Below, one piece after another: positions 7,872 through 17,667 of a stretch of 64,000 bases of DNA. A program made the position numbers and the translations under genes. Below the pieces are notes generated by a model. The model was not told the DNA's origin. It was given only the letters and a program-made list of their open reading frames with translations, and did not search any database. The stretch lies in the IMG/VR virus record IMGVR_UViG_3300020042_012633, positions 8,492 to 72,491 of that record. One strand, given 5' to 3'. The number at the start of each line of letters is the position of its first letter. Positions within the stretch are counted from its first letter, which is position 1. The stretch comes from a virus. Lineage: Duplodnaviria; Caudoviricetes.

Positions 7872-7880
7872 AATAAATAG
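7872..7880 (-). promoter_or_regulatory. Putative late-promoter variant (CTATTTATT) upstream of the envelope operon
   Basis: One-mismatch copy of the TATTTATA motif that precedes structural genes; lies in the intergenic gap. Confidence 0.4.
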
Positions 7881-7887
7881 GAGGTAC

Positions 7888-8343
7888 TTACAATAACTCC
7901 TCCTCGATGCGATTACCTGCAACTGCTATCTCATGCCAGTAGACTCGTCCGTCTTCAATTGCAGTCTTTATATTTCTTTGCTTGCCCATTAGTGTTGAGT
8001 TTCCAGACTTTACTTCTATAAAGTGTACCTCACACTTGTTCTTGCTATCTGTATGTGTGAACCCCACATAATCAATTGGCATCCCTAGAAACACTACATC
8101 CTCAGGTGGTACTGGGAAGTTGCTCATGAAGGGAACAAAATGCTCAATAGTCTTACCCCAATTTACTGCTGAGGATCTGAATGTTGAATCTTTCTTTACT
8201 TTTGCTTTCTCCACTATGTGGGAAGCATCTTTTTCAGCTAGTTCTATTTTTAGTTTAATTATTTCTCCTTTGAGATGATTTCCTTGAATAACTATTATAA
8301 ATCCTAGTGCGATGCAGGTTACTGCCAGTATAAATGTTACCAT
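7888..8343 (-). CDS. Holliday junction resolvase-like endonuclease (PD-(D/E)xK) with N-terminal membrane anchor
   Basis: GKTIEHFVPF...FLGMPIDYVGF...FIEVKSG...KQRNIKTAIEDGRVYW pattern; likely start 8343 (the track start 8376 overlaps nrdA). Confidence 0.8.
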   Translation of the reverse strand: MVTFILAVTCIALGFIIVIQGNHLKGEIIKLKIELAEKDASHIVEKAKVKKDSTFRSSAVNWGKTIEHFVPFMSNFPVPPEDVVFLGMPIDYVGFTHTDSKNKCEVHFIEVKSGNSTLMGKQRNIKTAIEDGRVYWHEIAVAGNRIEEELL

Positions 8344-8354
8344 GTTTTTAGTTC

Positions 8355-10064
8355 TTATCCGTCGCAGCTTAGACAATCCTCAGAAGTTCTACTTCCGATG
8401 TCCCCATTAATTACAGAATCTGTTCTTAAATAATATAACGTTTTTAGGCCAAGCTTCCAAGCTGTCTGGTGAACAAGGTTTATAAATTTAGGACTATCTC
8501 CCGGATCGAATGCTAAGTTTAATGATTGAGCTTGATCAACATACTTCTGTCTTACTGAAGCTTGTTCTACTAAAGCCAGTTGGTTTATTTCTGCAAATGT
8601 TAAGAATACTTCTTTATCTTCAAACGGCATAATGTCTTCAGGTAGGTTTGCAATTGATCCTCTGTCTTTGAGAATTTGTTGCCATACCTCTTCTGTATTA
8701 TGTCCTTTATCTTCTAAATACTTTTCTAGTACTGGATTCTTTCTGATGAAAGTTCCTTTAGATGAATTGAAAGTATATACGTTAGCTGGGATTGGTTCAA
8801 TACCTGCTGATACTCCTCCTGAAATTGTTGAATTAGAAACTGTAGGTGCTATTGCAATAAGGTGAGTGTTTCTCATTCCTGTTCCCTTACACCAAACTGG
8901 TTCTCCATATTCCTCAGCTAATTTTCTTGAAGCTGCTTCTGCTTGTGATTTAATTTGAGAGAATATTTTATTTGTCCAAGAAGTTGATGCAATTGAATTG
9001 AATGGTAGTCCTTTTGATTGTAAGAATGAATGCCATCCTAAAACTCCTAATCCTAATGCTCTTCCTTTTTTAGCAGAACGGTGAGATCTAATCATAGACT
9101 CTTTTCCGTTTGTTTTAATTAAGAATTCTTCTAATACCCCATCTAAGAAGTAGATTGCTGTCTCAACTAAGTCAGTATCCTTCCACTCCTCGTATCTTGT
9201 AATGTTTAAAGAAGATAAACAGCATACAAATGAATGCTCTTCGTCAGTATGTAGTGCAATCTCTGAACATATGTTAGTCATTGTAACATCTAAGTTATTC
9301 TTAACGTATGCAGCAGGATTTGCGTTGTTTACATTGTCTTTAAACATGATATACGGTTCTCCTGTCTCTACCCTTGATTTAAGAATTTCAACCCATAGTT
9401 CCATTGCTTCTGGATCTCTATGCTCCAATCTTTTCATAAACTTGTCATCAATGGAAACACATTGGTGTAAGTTCAAACATTGACGGTTTGGATCTCCTTG
9501 AGGTCTTCTAATACGTAAGAATTCTTTTATGTCCCTGTGATTAATATCTAAATTTACAGATGCTGCTCCTCTACGAACTGATCCTTGGTTTGTTGCAATG
9601 ATAGTTGAATCAAAAATTTTAGCCCAAGGCACAATACCTTCTGACTGTCCTGTCTCTCCGTTTCCAATCTTTACTCCTCTTCCTCTTACTCTTCCTAATC
9701 CAATTCCAACTCCACCTCCTAAAGAAGTAAGTCTCATTAGTTCTGCATTTGTTAATCCAATTCCTCTAATAGAGTCTGGGGTGTCTATTCCGAAACAAGA
9801 TATTGGAAGTCCTTTATCTGTTCCTGTATTTGATAGTACGGGTGAAGCTAGGTTTAACCAACCCTTCCACATATACTTAAAAAACTTATTTGCTAGATCT
9901 GGTCGATCTAATCTTTTAGCTACTGCATCAGCAACTCTTCTATATGCTTTCTTTGGATTCTCATCAGGTAATAAATACCCGTTTGAAATTGTAGCCAAAG
10001 AAACTTCATTCATCCATTCCGGATAATCTACGCCTGGTTTCCAGGCACTGTAATCTACTCCCAT
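8355..10064 (-). CDS. nrdA: Ribonucleotide reductase class Ia alpha subunit (short form, no ATP cone)
   Basis: PISCF, TNICSEI, RALGLGVLG, IAPTVSNS, LYYLR, C-terminal CxxC. Confidence 0.97.
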   Translation of the reverse strand: MGVDYSAWKPGVDYPEWMNEVSLATISNGYLLPDENPKKAYRRVADAVAKRLDRPDLANKFFKYMWKGWLNLASPVLSNTGTDKGLPISCFGIDTPDSIRGIGLTNAELMRLTSLGGGVGIGLGRVRGRGVKIGNGETGQSEGIVPWAKIFDSTIIATNQGSVRRGAASVNLDINHRDIKEFLRIRRPQGDPNRQCLNLHQCVSIDDKFMKRLEHRDPEAMELWVEILKSRVETGEPYIMFKDNVNNANPAAYVKNNLDVTMTNICSEIALHTDEEHSFVCCLSSLNITRYEEWKDTDLVETAIYFLDGVLEEFLIKTNGKESMIRSHRSAKKGRALGLGVLGWHSFLQSKGLPFNSIASTSWTNKIFSQIKSQAEAASRKLAEEYGEPVWCKGTGMRNTHLIAIAPTVSNSTISGGVSAGIEPIPANVYTFNSSKGTFIRKNPVLEKYLEDKGHNTEEVWQQILKDRGSIANLPEDIMPFEDKEVFLTFAEINQLALVEQASVRQKYVDQAQSLNLAFDPGDSPKFINLVHQTAWKLGLKTLYYLRTDSVINGDIGSRTSEDCLSCDG

Positions 10065-10073
10065 AAAATTAAA

Positions 10074-11051
10074 TTAAAATGCGTTGTCCCAATCCATATG
10101 CCCTTTGGCATAATTTGTTACTCTTGATGCGAAGAAATCTGTATGCTGTTTTCCTGCTACTACAGCATCAAACCATAACATTTGTTTCAAAGCTCCTTTA
10201 TCGATTTGATCTGAAGGTATTAATGGTTTCAATCCTAAATCTCCCATCTTAGTGTTTACTCTGTGTTTGATAAAGTTTTTCAACTCGTCTTTGGTTAAGT
10301 TTTCCAAATCCCCCATTTCAAATATCTTATCGATAAAATTGAATTCTAGTTGAAGAGCAAGGGTTGCTGCTTCTCTAATATCGTTGATAAGTCTTTCTGT
10401 TTTTAATTCTGGGTATTCTTTCATTAGTGTTCTGAATAACCAGCATCCTGCTTCTGAGTGAAGTGATTCATCTCTTACAGACCATTCAACTATTTGTCCT
10501 ACTCCTTTTAGTTTGTTTCTCATTTTAAATGAAAGTAGTACTGCAAAAGAAGAGAATAGATTTACTCCTTCAGTAAAGGCTGAAAATATTGCTAGAGATC
10601 TAGCTGCTTCATGCCAGTCTGTTTCTCCGTTATTTCCATCTCTAACATCCATTAAAGATTGAATTTTAGCTGCAGTTGATTCATCTTCTAGGAATTCTGC
10701 AAAATTATCCAATCCTAACTGCTCATTTAGTAGAGCATATGCCTCAGCATGAATTGTTTCAAAGGCTCCAAAGGTAACTGCCATCATAATAACCTCAGGT
10801 TTTCTAAACCATTTTGTTACTAAAGATGTCCAGTAATCATTTACAACTGTTTCTGTTTGAGCAAATCCTTTTAGGATTCCTCCTATAACATTTTTTTCGT
10901 GTGGTTTAAGATTTGAGTTCCAATCTGTTACGTCTTGAGACATTGGAACTTCTGTATGTAACCAGTGAGCCTGGTGCGCTTTGAGCCAGTAATCGTGGGC
11001 TTGTGGATATTCAAAGGGCTTGTAAACTATGCGTTCGTCTTTTAGACTCAT
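10074..11051 (-). CDS. nrdB: Ribonucleotide reductase class Ia beta subunit
   Basis: ETIHAEAY, EGVNLFSSF and RDESLH di-iron motifs. Confidence 0.97.
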   Translation of the reverse strand: MSLKDERIVYKPFEYPQAHDYWLKAHQAHWLHTEVPMSQDVTDWNSNLKPHEKNVIGGILKGFAQTETVVNDYWTSLVTKWFRKPEVIMMAVTFGAFETIHAEAYALLNEQLGLDNFAEFLEDESTAAKIQSLMDVRDGNNGETDWHEAARSLAIFSAFTEGVNLFSSFAVLLSFKMRNKLKGVGQIVEWSVRDESLHSEAGCWLFRTLMKEYPELKTERLINDIREAATLALQLEFNFIDKIFEMGDLENLTKDELKNFIKHRVNTKMGDLGLKPLIPSDQIDKGALKQMLWFDAVVAGKQHTDFFASRVTNYAKGHMDWDNAF

Positions 11052-11104
11052 ATTTGTTTTTTTAATATTATTTTGTAATTAAGACTGTAAGAATAAATAG
11101 CATT

Positions 11105-12457
11105 TTAGAATGGAACTTGATTCTCCAATTCAAAGAACTTATTCGCGATTTCTTTAAAATTTCCTCTAGGTCTATCTCCTGATTCAAGTGGTGCCATGTT
11201 TCCTAGAATCTCTATGTGTCCGTTGTTTGTATCTACTTTTGCATCCCAAGTCATACCGTCCATTCCGTATCTATTTTTCATAACGTGGATACGTCCTGTT
11301 CCTAATACCTTATCTTCTTTCATTCTTGATAAAGATAAACATACATCCGCCACCATCATCTTGTCATAAGACCCTGCTGCTTTATCTCCTTCGATAACTG
11401 AATCCTTTGCTCCCATTCTATTAACTTGAGATGGGGTAAGAATAGGTATCTGTAGTTCCTTAGCCAATCCTTTTGTTGCAATGAATACATCATCGATTTC
11501 ATCTTTTCTTTCTGTGAAACGAGATTTTGAAGGTGCTTTCAAGTAATCGACATAATCAATAATAATCATATCTGGTTTATGATCCATATCGATACATTTC
11601 TGGATGTGTGCTTTGATTGTGTTTATTGAAGCTCCTTTTGGTGGATATTCTTTTACGATTAGTTTTCCTTTAAGTTTACCTACAATTTTTTCTACTTCTG
11701 CTCTATGTTTGTTTACTTCTTCAATTCCGTAACCTGTTAGGTAACAGTCAAATCGTTTTCCTACATAATCTTCTCCAAGTTCTAAAGTATAGAAGTTTAC
11801 ATTGTATCCCATTAACACTGCATGTGCTGCTGCAGCTACCATTGTCCATGACTTTCCTCCTCCAGGATTTCCAAACATGATAATCAAATCACCAGGACCA
11901 AATCCTCCACCAATTGTTTCATTAAGTATTGGCCAAGGTGTTGGTATAGTAGGTCTGTAGTTTTCTCTGTAACGACTCTCTACATCTTTATTATATTCAT
12001 GACCCATATTTTTATCCATACCAGCTCTCATGGCTTTTTCAATCACTCCTCTGATTCCATCAAAGTCTCCTTGGTTTAGAAGATCTGCTGAGTTGAGTAG
12101 TGCTGCTTTGAGTTCTTGGTTTTTGGCGAACGTGGTAAATTCTTCTACTACGTATGCTAAATCATCTTGAGTTGCTTCGTAGCAGTTTCTTAATTCTGCT
12201 TTGACTGCTACTTGTAGAATATCATTTTCTACTTTTTGTAGTTCAATCTTTAATGCTTCTAAAGAGATTGTAGTGTGATACTTGTCATAGTACTTGATTG
12301 TAGTTTCTAGAATCCATTTATGGGCATCTGAATCGAAGTAGTCTGGTTGTAGTAGTTCTCTTGTGTTGAGTAGGAACTTCTTGTCTGTTAGGAGTGCTCC
12401 TAGCACTTTCAATTGAAAGCCTTTCCCGTAGGAAGATAGTTTTGCTAATGATGTCAT
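11105..12457 (-). CDS. dnaB: Replicative DNA helicase (DnaB / T4 gp41-like)
   Basis: Walker A GNPGGGKS, IIIDYVDYL, SQVNR, KNRYG. Confidence 0.93.
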   Translation of the reverse strand: MTSLAKLSSYGKGFQLKVLGALLTDKKFLLNTRELLQPDYFDSDAHKWILETTIKYYDKYHTTISLEALKIELQKVENDILQVAVKAELRNCYEATQDDLAYVVEEFTTFAKNQELKAALLNSADLLNQGDFDGIRGVIEKAMRAGMDKNMGHEYNKDVESRYRENYRPTIPTPWPILNETIGGGFGPGDLIIMFGNPGGGKSWTMVAAAAHAVLMGYNVNFYTLELGEDYVGKRFDCYLTGYGIEEVNKHRAEVEKIVGKLKGKLIVKEYPPKGASINTIKAHIQKCIDMDHKPDMIIIDYVDYLKAPSKSRFTERKDEIDDVFIATKGLAKELQIPILTPSQVNRMGAKDSVIEGDKAAGSYDKMMVADVCLSLSRMKEDKVLGTGRIHVMKNRYGMDGMTWDAKVDTNNGHIEILGNMAPLESGDRPRGNFKEIANKFFELENQVPF

Positions 12458-12477
12458 GTAACTTATTTTATTATAAC

Positions 12478-13509
12478 TTATTTTTTATATGTTGAAAGCG
12501 GTCTGAATAATTCTAACCATCCTTCAACGTTTTTGTTTAGAGCTTCGATTTGATCTGACTCTAACATGCTTAAAAAAGTAACTACCTGTAGATTTGGTAT
12601 TGACTCCTTTATCTTCTCTAATATATGAAAAATTTCGTAATCTCCCAAGCGAGGCTCGGATAAATTCATCAATTCCCAATTAGTTTTTACTTTATCCCAA
12701 TCATAGATAATACTTGCAAATATCTTCTTTGGTTTCTTTTCTTGCAACTTTTGTTCACAAATATCATAAATATCTTGCAACTGGAATGATGAATCTTTTA
12801 TCAATCCTGGAAATTCCTTCAGTAATGTTTTAGGTCCTAGTGATTTAACTCCTGAAAGGTTGTCTGAGTTATCACCCAGTAGTGCTTTCATTATTAAATA
12901 ATTCTCAGGAATTAACCCTATTTCTTCTTGAATATCTTTTTTTTGATAGGTTTTTTTCTTAATAGGAGAATAAACTTCTATATTTTCGTCTACTATCTGT
13001 AAAAAATCTTTATCGGAAGAAGTGATTGTTACTTTCTTTCCATTAGCTGCAAACTTCTGAGCTAGATATGAAATAGTATCATCTGCTTCTATTTTATCTA
13101 TTGAAATTAAAGTGATTGGTAAACATTGTAAGTATTCAACCAATCTATGCATTTGCATTGTCATGGAAGCAAACTCATCGTCTTTATCATCGAACAATTC
13201 CCAATTGGTAATCCTCTTTATGTTTCTAGTTGCTTTGTATTCTGGATTGATGCTTTTTCTACTTGAAGAAGAAGCCTGTCCATCGAATACACAAATGATT
13301 CTAGTAGGATCAATTGTTCTCATTAAGAACCCCAAGGACCTTAAGAAGCCAACGAGACCACCTGTGTGGTGGCCTTGTGGATTCATAGATTGTAACATTG
13401 CGAACGACCTTATAAAGGTATTCATGCTGTCCACAATCAAAACATGGTCGTTAAGTTTCCTGTCTGGCTTTTGTTCGATTTTATTTAGGATATCTAAATA
13501 ATTACTCAT
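12478..13509 (-). CDS. 5'-3' exonuclease / flap endonuclease (T4 RNase H-like)
   Basis: LIVDSMN, CVFDG, YKATR, EADD, SSDKDFLQ, GDNSDNLSGV. Confidence 0.93.
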   Translation of the reverse strand: MSNYLDILNKIEQKPDRKLNDHVLIVDSMNTFIRSFAMLQSMNPQGHHTGGLVGFLRSLGFLMRTIDPTRIICVFDGQASSSSRKSINPEYKATRNIKRITNWELFDDKDDEFASMTMQMHRLVEYLQCLPITLISIDKIEADDTISYLAQKFAANGKKVTITSSDKDFLQIVDENIEVYSPIKKKTYQKKDIQEEIGLIPENYLIMKALLGDNSDNLSGVKSLGPKTLLKEFPGLIKDSSFQLQDIYDICEQKLQEKKPKKIFASIIYDWDKVKTNWELMNLSEPRLGDYEIFHILEKIKESIPNLQVVTFLSMLESDQIEALNKNVEGWLELFRPLSTYKK

Positions 13510-14578
13510 CGAGTGCTTCTAGGTTGGTTGTATCCTCTTCTACATCTGCCTCTACCATTACTGTGAAGTCTGTAGATCCTAAAGTGTTAGCCCAAGATCC
13601 TTTATGAGTATCTTTATAGGTATCGATTGCTTTCTTATCGTCTGCAATAAATCCATGACTGGTCATAATAATTGCTCCTCTTGATTGGATACCGTCAATG
13701 TGATTCTTTTCTATCTGAACTTTGGTTCTTTTAGCAAATTCAAACTCTTTTCCTTTTGCAACGGCTTTTATCTTACTTGTTCCTGAGTTTGTGATGTTTC
13801 CAAAAGTAACAATTACTGTTGAGTCATACCACATTGTTTTTCCTCCTTTATTTTCCAATCGAGGTTGTCCCATTGGATGTTCAGGTTTTGCAGTCCAAAC
13901 TTTATTGATTGCTACTAAAGTATTTGTATACTTGCTTGCTTCCTTTCTTGATAACATAATTTTTTGGTTTACGTTATTTCCGAATTGAGTTGACATTGCT
14001 CCTGCATTCCATTCGTTGTTGTTCTTATTTGATCTTACAGATAAGTCACATGGAACTGATCCAACTGAATCCCAGAAGAAACATAAATCATAAGGAAGAT
14101 TTCCTTTCTTTTGTTCATCGATTAAGTCTAGGATGTAAACTGCTACGTCTTCTATGGTGTTTAGAGTTCCTCTATCTGCATATAAGAAAAATCCTTTATA
14201 GTCAGTTATTTCTCCTGTGTCTTCATCAACTACTTCTTGAACCTCAAGACCCATCATTTGAGCATGTGGCCAAGACCATTTCATCTCAGTAATAATGAAT
14301 ACTGGGAGAATTTGTCTTTTTTGTGCTTGAACTGCTGCCTCTAATAGTAAGGTTGTCTTTCCTGTATCGGAATGCCCTCTTAATAGAGTAATATGTCCCA
14401 TAGGAATTCCTTTGAGAGAAGTTACTTCTGAGAAAGCATCTGAAACTTTAATCCAATCTTGGCTCTTAAACTTTACTGAAGTATTTGAGAACCCTTTGTT
14501 CTTTTTAAAGTTGTCCAAACTAAAACCGCCTTTGATTATATCGCTAGCGGTTTTTGTTGTTGTTTTTTTGATTGCCAT
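13502..14578 (-). CDS. recA: RecA/UvsX-like recombinase
   Basis: Walker A GHSDTGKT, FFWDSVGS, GGKTMWYDS. Confidence 0.88.
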   Translation of the reverse strand: MAIKKTTTKTASDIIKGGFSLDNFKKNKGFSNTSVKFKSQDWIKVSDAFSEVTSLKGIPMGHITLLRGHSDTGKTTLLLEAAVQAQKRQILPVFIITEMKWSWPHAQMMGLEVQEVVDEDTGEITDYKGFFLYADRGTLNTIEDVAVYILDLIDEQKKGNLPYDLCFFWDSVGSVPCDLSVRSNKNNNEWNAGAMSTQFGNNVNQKIMLSRKEASKYTNTLVAINKVWTAKPEHPMGQPRLENKGGKTMWYDSTVIVTFGNITNSGTSKIKAVAKGKEFEFAKRTKVQIEKNHIDGIQSRGAIIMTSHGFIADDKKAIDTYKDTHKGSWANTLGSTDFTVMVEADVEEDTTNLEALDE

Positions 14579-14580
14579 TC

Positions 14581-15417
14581 TTAATTGAATAAATCATCGA
14601 ATTTGCTTACTGTACTTTTGTTTCCTGCTGTGGCAGTCTCTAGGGTGAAGTCTGTTTTGTTACTTCCTAAAGCTGATTCCAATGCTGTTGGAGCTTCTAC
14701 TGCTGGTGCAATTGATTCCGTTGGAGTTGCAGGTGGAGTAGTTTCTTCTTCTCCTGGGTTTAAGTACTCTTGTAATTTCTTCTTGATAAATTCATAGTCG
14801 TACTGAGTTTGTACTTCTAATGCGTTTGGTTGATCCTTTAACCAAGAGTTTACTTTACTATCATCATCTGATAATGTTGTTTGCTTTGGTTTAATACGAA
14901 CCGTGGTGCTTGGGAACTGACCTGGTCCTGCAGCTGGTGTATTTTCTACAACCATATCCCATCCGCTCATTACGTCTGTAAAATCTCCAATGTCTTCATC
15001 CTCTGCTAAAGCAAGTAATGCTTTGTAGATGTTCACACCGAATGACCAAAGACGAACTCCTTTTTCTTCTTCTCCTCTTACAACAACAGGAGCAAAGAAT
15101 CTAGATTTAGGAGATAACTTTCCAGACAAAGACCAATTATCTTTATCGGATGTTTTTCTCAATTCTTTTACGAATTCTTCAATTGGATCTTGTTTTCCGT
15201 AATTGGAAAGGGACATCATAGGAAATTTGCCTATGTTGTAATGTAGTTTCAACTCTGTGAAAGGATCCGAAGCATTGAATGCTGAAGGAACAATTCGAAT
15301 TGTTGATTTACCATTTGCCGGTCTCCAATAGATCTTCTCAAAGTCTACTTTCTCACGGTCTTGATTTCCACCACTGTTAAGAGCGGCTAACTTGCTTTTG
15401 ATAGCATTTAAGTCCAT
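14581..15417 (-). CDS. Single-stranded DNA-binding protein (T4 gp32-like)
   Basis: STIRIVP...LHY...VVVRGEEEKGVRLWSFG...DFTDVMSGWD; acidic C-terminus FDDLFN. Confidence 0.8.
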   Translation of the reverse strand: MDLNAIKSKLAALNSGGNQDREKVDFEKIYWRPANGKSTIRIVPSAFNASDPFTELKLHYNIGKFPMMSLSNYGKQDPIEEFVKELRKTSDKDNWSLSGKLSPKSRFFAPVVVRGEEEKGVRLWSFGVNIYKALLALAEDEDIGDFTDVMSGWDMVVENTPAAGPGQFPSTTVRIKPKQTTLSDDDSKVNSWLKDQPNALEVQTQYDYEFIKKKLQEYLNPGEEETTPPATPTESIAPAVEAPTALESALGSNKTDFTLETATAGNKSTVSKFDDLFN

Positions 15418-15452
15418 AATGTAACTGATTTAATTAAAACTTTTATTTATAT

Positions 15453-15481
15453 AATATACGAAATATTCTTGAGTAAAGCAA
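15453..15481 (-). promoter_or_regulatory. Sigma70-like early/middle promoter upstream of the SSB gene
   Basis: TTGCTT-N17-TATATT with TTTCG. Confidence 0.7.
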
Positions 15482-15492
15482 CTATTGTTGCG

Positions 15493-15813
15493 TTATTTAT
15501 ATTTTGATACCCTTATTGAATACCTATACGTAAGCATTACTGGGCTGGGTGGTCTAGTTATTTTTGATGCAGGTATACCTTGTTCTTTTAGTTTTTCTGC
15601 AGCCTCATCTCTGTCAGATTTTTCCTTAAAATACATAACAAGATGGCCATTTATAGTTTCAGCAGCTTTTGCACCTATCTTACTTGGGTCTTTTATGTAC
15701 ATGTTTTTTACCTCTTCAAAAGGTTTTGTTTCTGCTGCTTCTTCGTTTAACATTTTTGAATTAGTAGTTAATTTGTTTTCTACTAAGAATTTTTTTAAAT
15801 TAAAATTTTCCAT
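15493..15813 (-). CDS. Hypothetical protein (MENFNLKKFLVENKL N-terminus)
   Basis: 106-aa ORF, ATG, co-directional. Confidence 0.75.
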   Translation of the reverse strand: MENFNLKKFLVENKLTTNSKMLNEEAAETKPFEEVKNMYIKDPSKIGAKAAETINGHLVMYFKEKSDRDEAAEKLKEQGIPASKITRPPSPVMLTYRYSIRVSKYK

Positions 15814-15817
15814 TTGT

Positions 15818-16273
15818 TTATAGTTCTATTATTCTAAATAATTTTGTGTTTACTCTTTTTAGCTCGTTCCCTTTTGTTAATAGGATGCAATTTTGATAGT
15901 CACTCCACTCTACTTTGAAGTTTGTATCCAATACCCCTCCATTTAAAGACTCGATAAGTCTATTGAGAGAATTGATTGTGTATAGAGTGTTTGATTCTTT
16001 TTTTCTATGAACTAGAATGGTATTATCTAAAAAATTAGATACGTTTCCAAATTCTACGTTATAGGTACAAATATATTCGTCTTGGCTCTTTGAATAAAGA
16101 ACAAATATTTTATTGTATATGATTTTATATTTAGTCTGGATTGTGGTTAGTAATCCATCTAAGTTACTTTCTGTTGAGAAGGTACAAAATAATTTATTTG
16201 ACATTCCTGTATCTTTGTAATCGTATTCGATATCGTAATCGAATTGTGGCGTATATGAGCTGCTTTGAGTCAT
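15818..16273 (-). CDS. Conserved-looking phage hypothetical protein
   Basis: 151-aa ORF; a later start (MSNKLFCTF) is possible. Confidence 0.75.
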   Translation of the reverse strand: MTQSSSYTPQFDYDIEYDYKDTGMSNKLFCTFSTESNLDGLLTTIQTKYKIIYNKIFVLYSKSQDEYICTYNVEFGNVSNFLDNTILVHRKKESNTLYTINSLNRLIESLNGGVLDTNFKVEWSDYQNCILLTKGNELKRVNTKLFRIIEL

Positions 16274-16292
16274 TAATAAATAGGATTTTGTT

Positions 16293-17618
16293 TTACAAAA
16301 CTAAGTTGGTACTGTATTTGAATTTGATTGGGTACTTCTGTCCCTGGTTCATTATCTGTTCTAACGATTCTAACGTGTCTTTTCCGTCTTCTTTATCGAA
16401 ATCGAACACAAATGCATCGTAAGTATAAAGCGCTAGCTTGGTTTTCTTTTTTTGAAGAAACATTAACACATCCTTTAAGATAGTGATATTTCTTGAAGTT
16501 TCCAAGCTCTGCATCATATAATTCATAAGTTTCTGCGGATGCATGTCAGGAAGTTGTTGTGTAAACCTTTTTCCTGAGATTGGATCTTCTACATAGCCTT
16601 GCTCCTGAAATTGCTTCCACAATGTGTCTATGTATGTTTGTATTTTATCAAACACTTCAAGGAAAGCATACTCAGGTGGAATTTTTCCATAAATTGCATG
16701 GAAGTTGATTTGTTTTGCTTTTGCATACTCATCCTCAGCTATTTCATCCTTTCCGAAATACAGTCTTGCTAATTGAACGTGAGCTGACTCTTGTGTTAGT
16801 TCATATCCTATTTGTTCACATAAAAGACGTAAATGATAACCGTCAAAATCCATTTCTACAAATACATCGTTCTGAGGTATGATTGCTTTTCTAAACTCAG
16901 GTGCTTTAGGTATTGCTGCAAAGTTTACAGAGTTGAAAGCATTTGTAGGACGAGAAGTTGTATTATATAAATTATACGAAGTATATGCAATATTATCTTC
17001 AATATTATATACCGGATTGTTTGGTTTAAATAAATCTATGAATGATTGGTATGTGATTCTTAATCCAGATCTTTCAATCATAAAGAAAACCAAAGTTGCA
17101 GTTTTATTGTAGAACTCAAAACCATTTGGTATTGCATATTGCAATATGGAATTTATACTATTGTAATTTTGTTCACACTTTTCAAATAACTTTGCTATAG
17201 GAATAATTGCATTTATTTCTTTAAACTCTTGGAAACGGTTATAATACCAATTACAAGTTGAGTTTGATCTTGGAAGTTCAAGCCTATTGTAATTTGTCAT
17301 TGAATATAGTAAACTGATGTCTGTAACTGACGGTAATATAAAGTGGTACAGAAGTTCTTTTTTATCTAACGTAAAAAGAGTGGTGTATTCTTTTAAGATG
17401 TCGTAGACACAATCTTTACTTAAGTTTAATCCCTCATCATGGGTTATGGGAAGAATATATCCCTCATGATAGTCTAACGGTCTTAGATAAACCGCTACTG
17501 TGGTTGTGAGAAGTGGATGATAGTTATCATTTGAAGAAATGACTTCTACGTATCCCCCCCTTGTACCTAAATTTTTTAGAAGTTGTATTTGATCTTCCGT
17601 CTCTACTATATAAAACAT
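16293..17618 (-). CDS. polA: Compact family A DNA polymerase
   Basis: Motif A variant EMDFDGYHLRLL, motif B AKAKQINFHAIYG, motif C variant LYTYDAFVFD; only 441 aa. Confidence 0.85.
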   Translation of the reverse strand: MFYIVETEDQIQLLKNLGTRGGYVEVISSNDNYHPLLTTTVAVYLRPLDYHEGYILPITHDEGLNLSKDCVYDILKEYTTLFTLDKKELLYHFILPSVTDISLLYSMTNYNRLELPRSNSTCNWYYNRFQEFKEINAIIPIAKLFEKCEQNYNSINSILQYAIPNGFEFYNKTATLVFFMIERSGLRITYQSFIDLFKPNNPVYNIEDNIAYTSYNLYNTTSRPTNAFNSVNFAAIPKAPEFRKAIIPQNDVFVEMDFDGYHLRLLCEQIGYELTQESAHVQLARLYFGKDEIAEDEYAKAKQINFHAIYGKIPPEYAFLEVFDKIQTYIDTLWKQFQEQGYVEDPISGKRFTQQLPDMHPQKLMNYMMQSLETSRNITILKDVLMFLQKKKTKLALYTYDAFVFDFDKEDGKDTLESLEQIMNQGQKYPIKFKYSTNLVL

Positions 17619-17638
17619 TTCTTATAACCTTTAGTTTA

Positions 17639-17667
17639 AATATACGAAAAAAGGCTTACCGAAGCAA
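17639..17667 (-). promoter_or_regulatory. Sigma70-like promoter upstream of polA, overlapping a terminator
   Basis: TTGCTT-N17-TATATT; the -35 lies inside the terminator hairpin. Confidence 0.65.
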
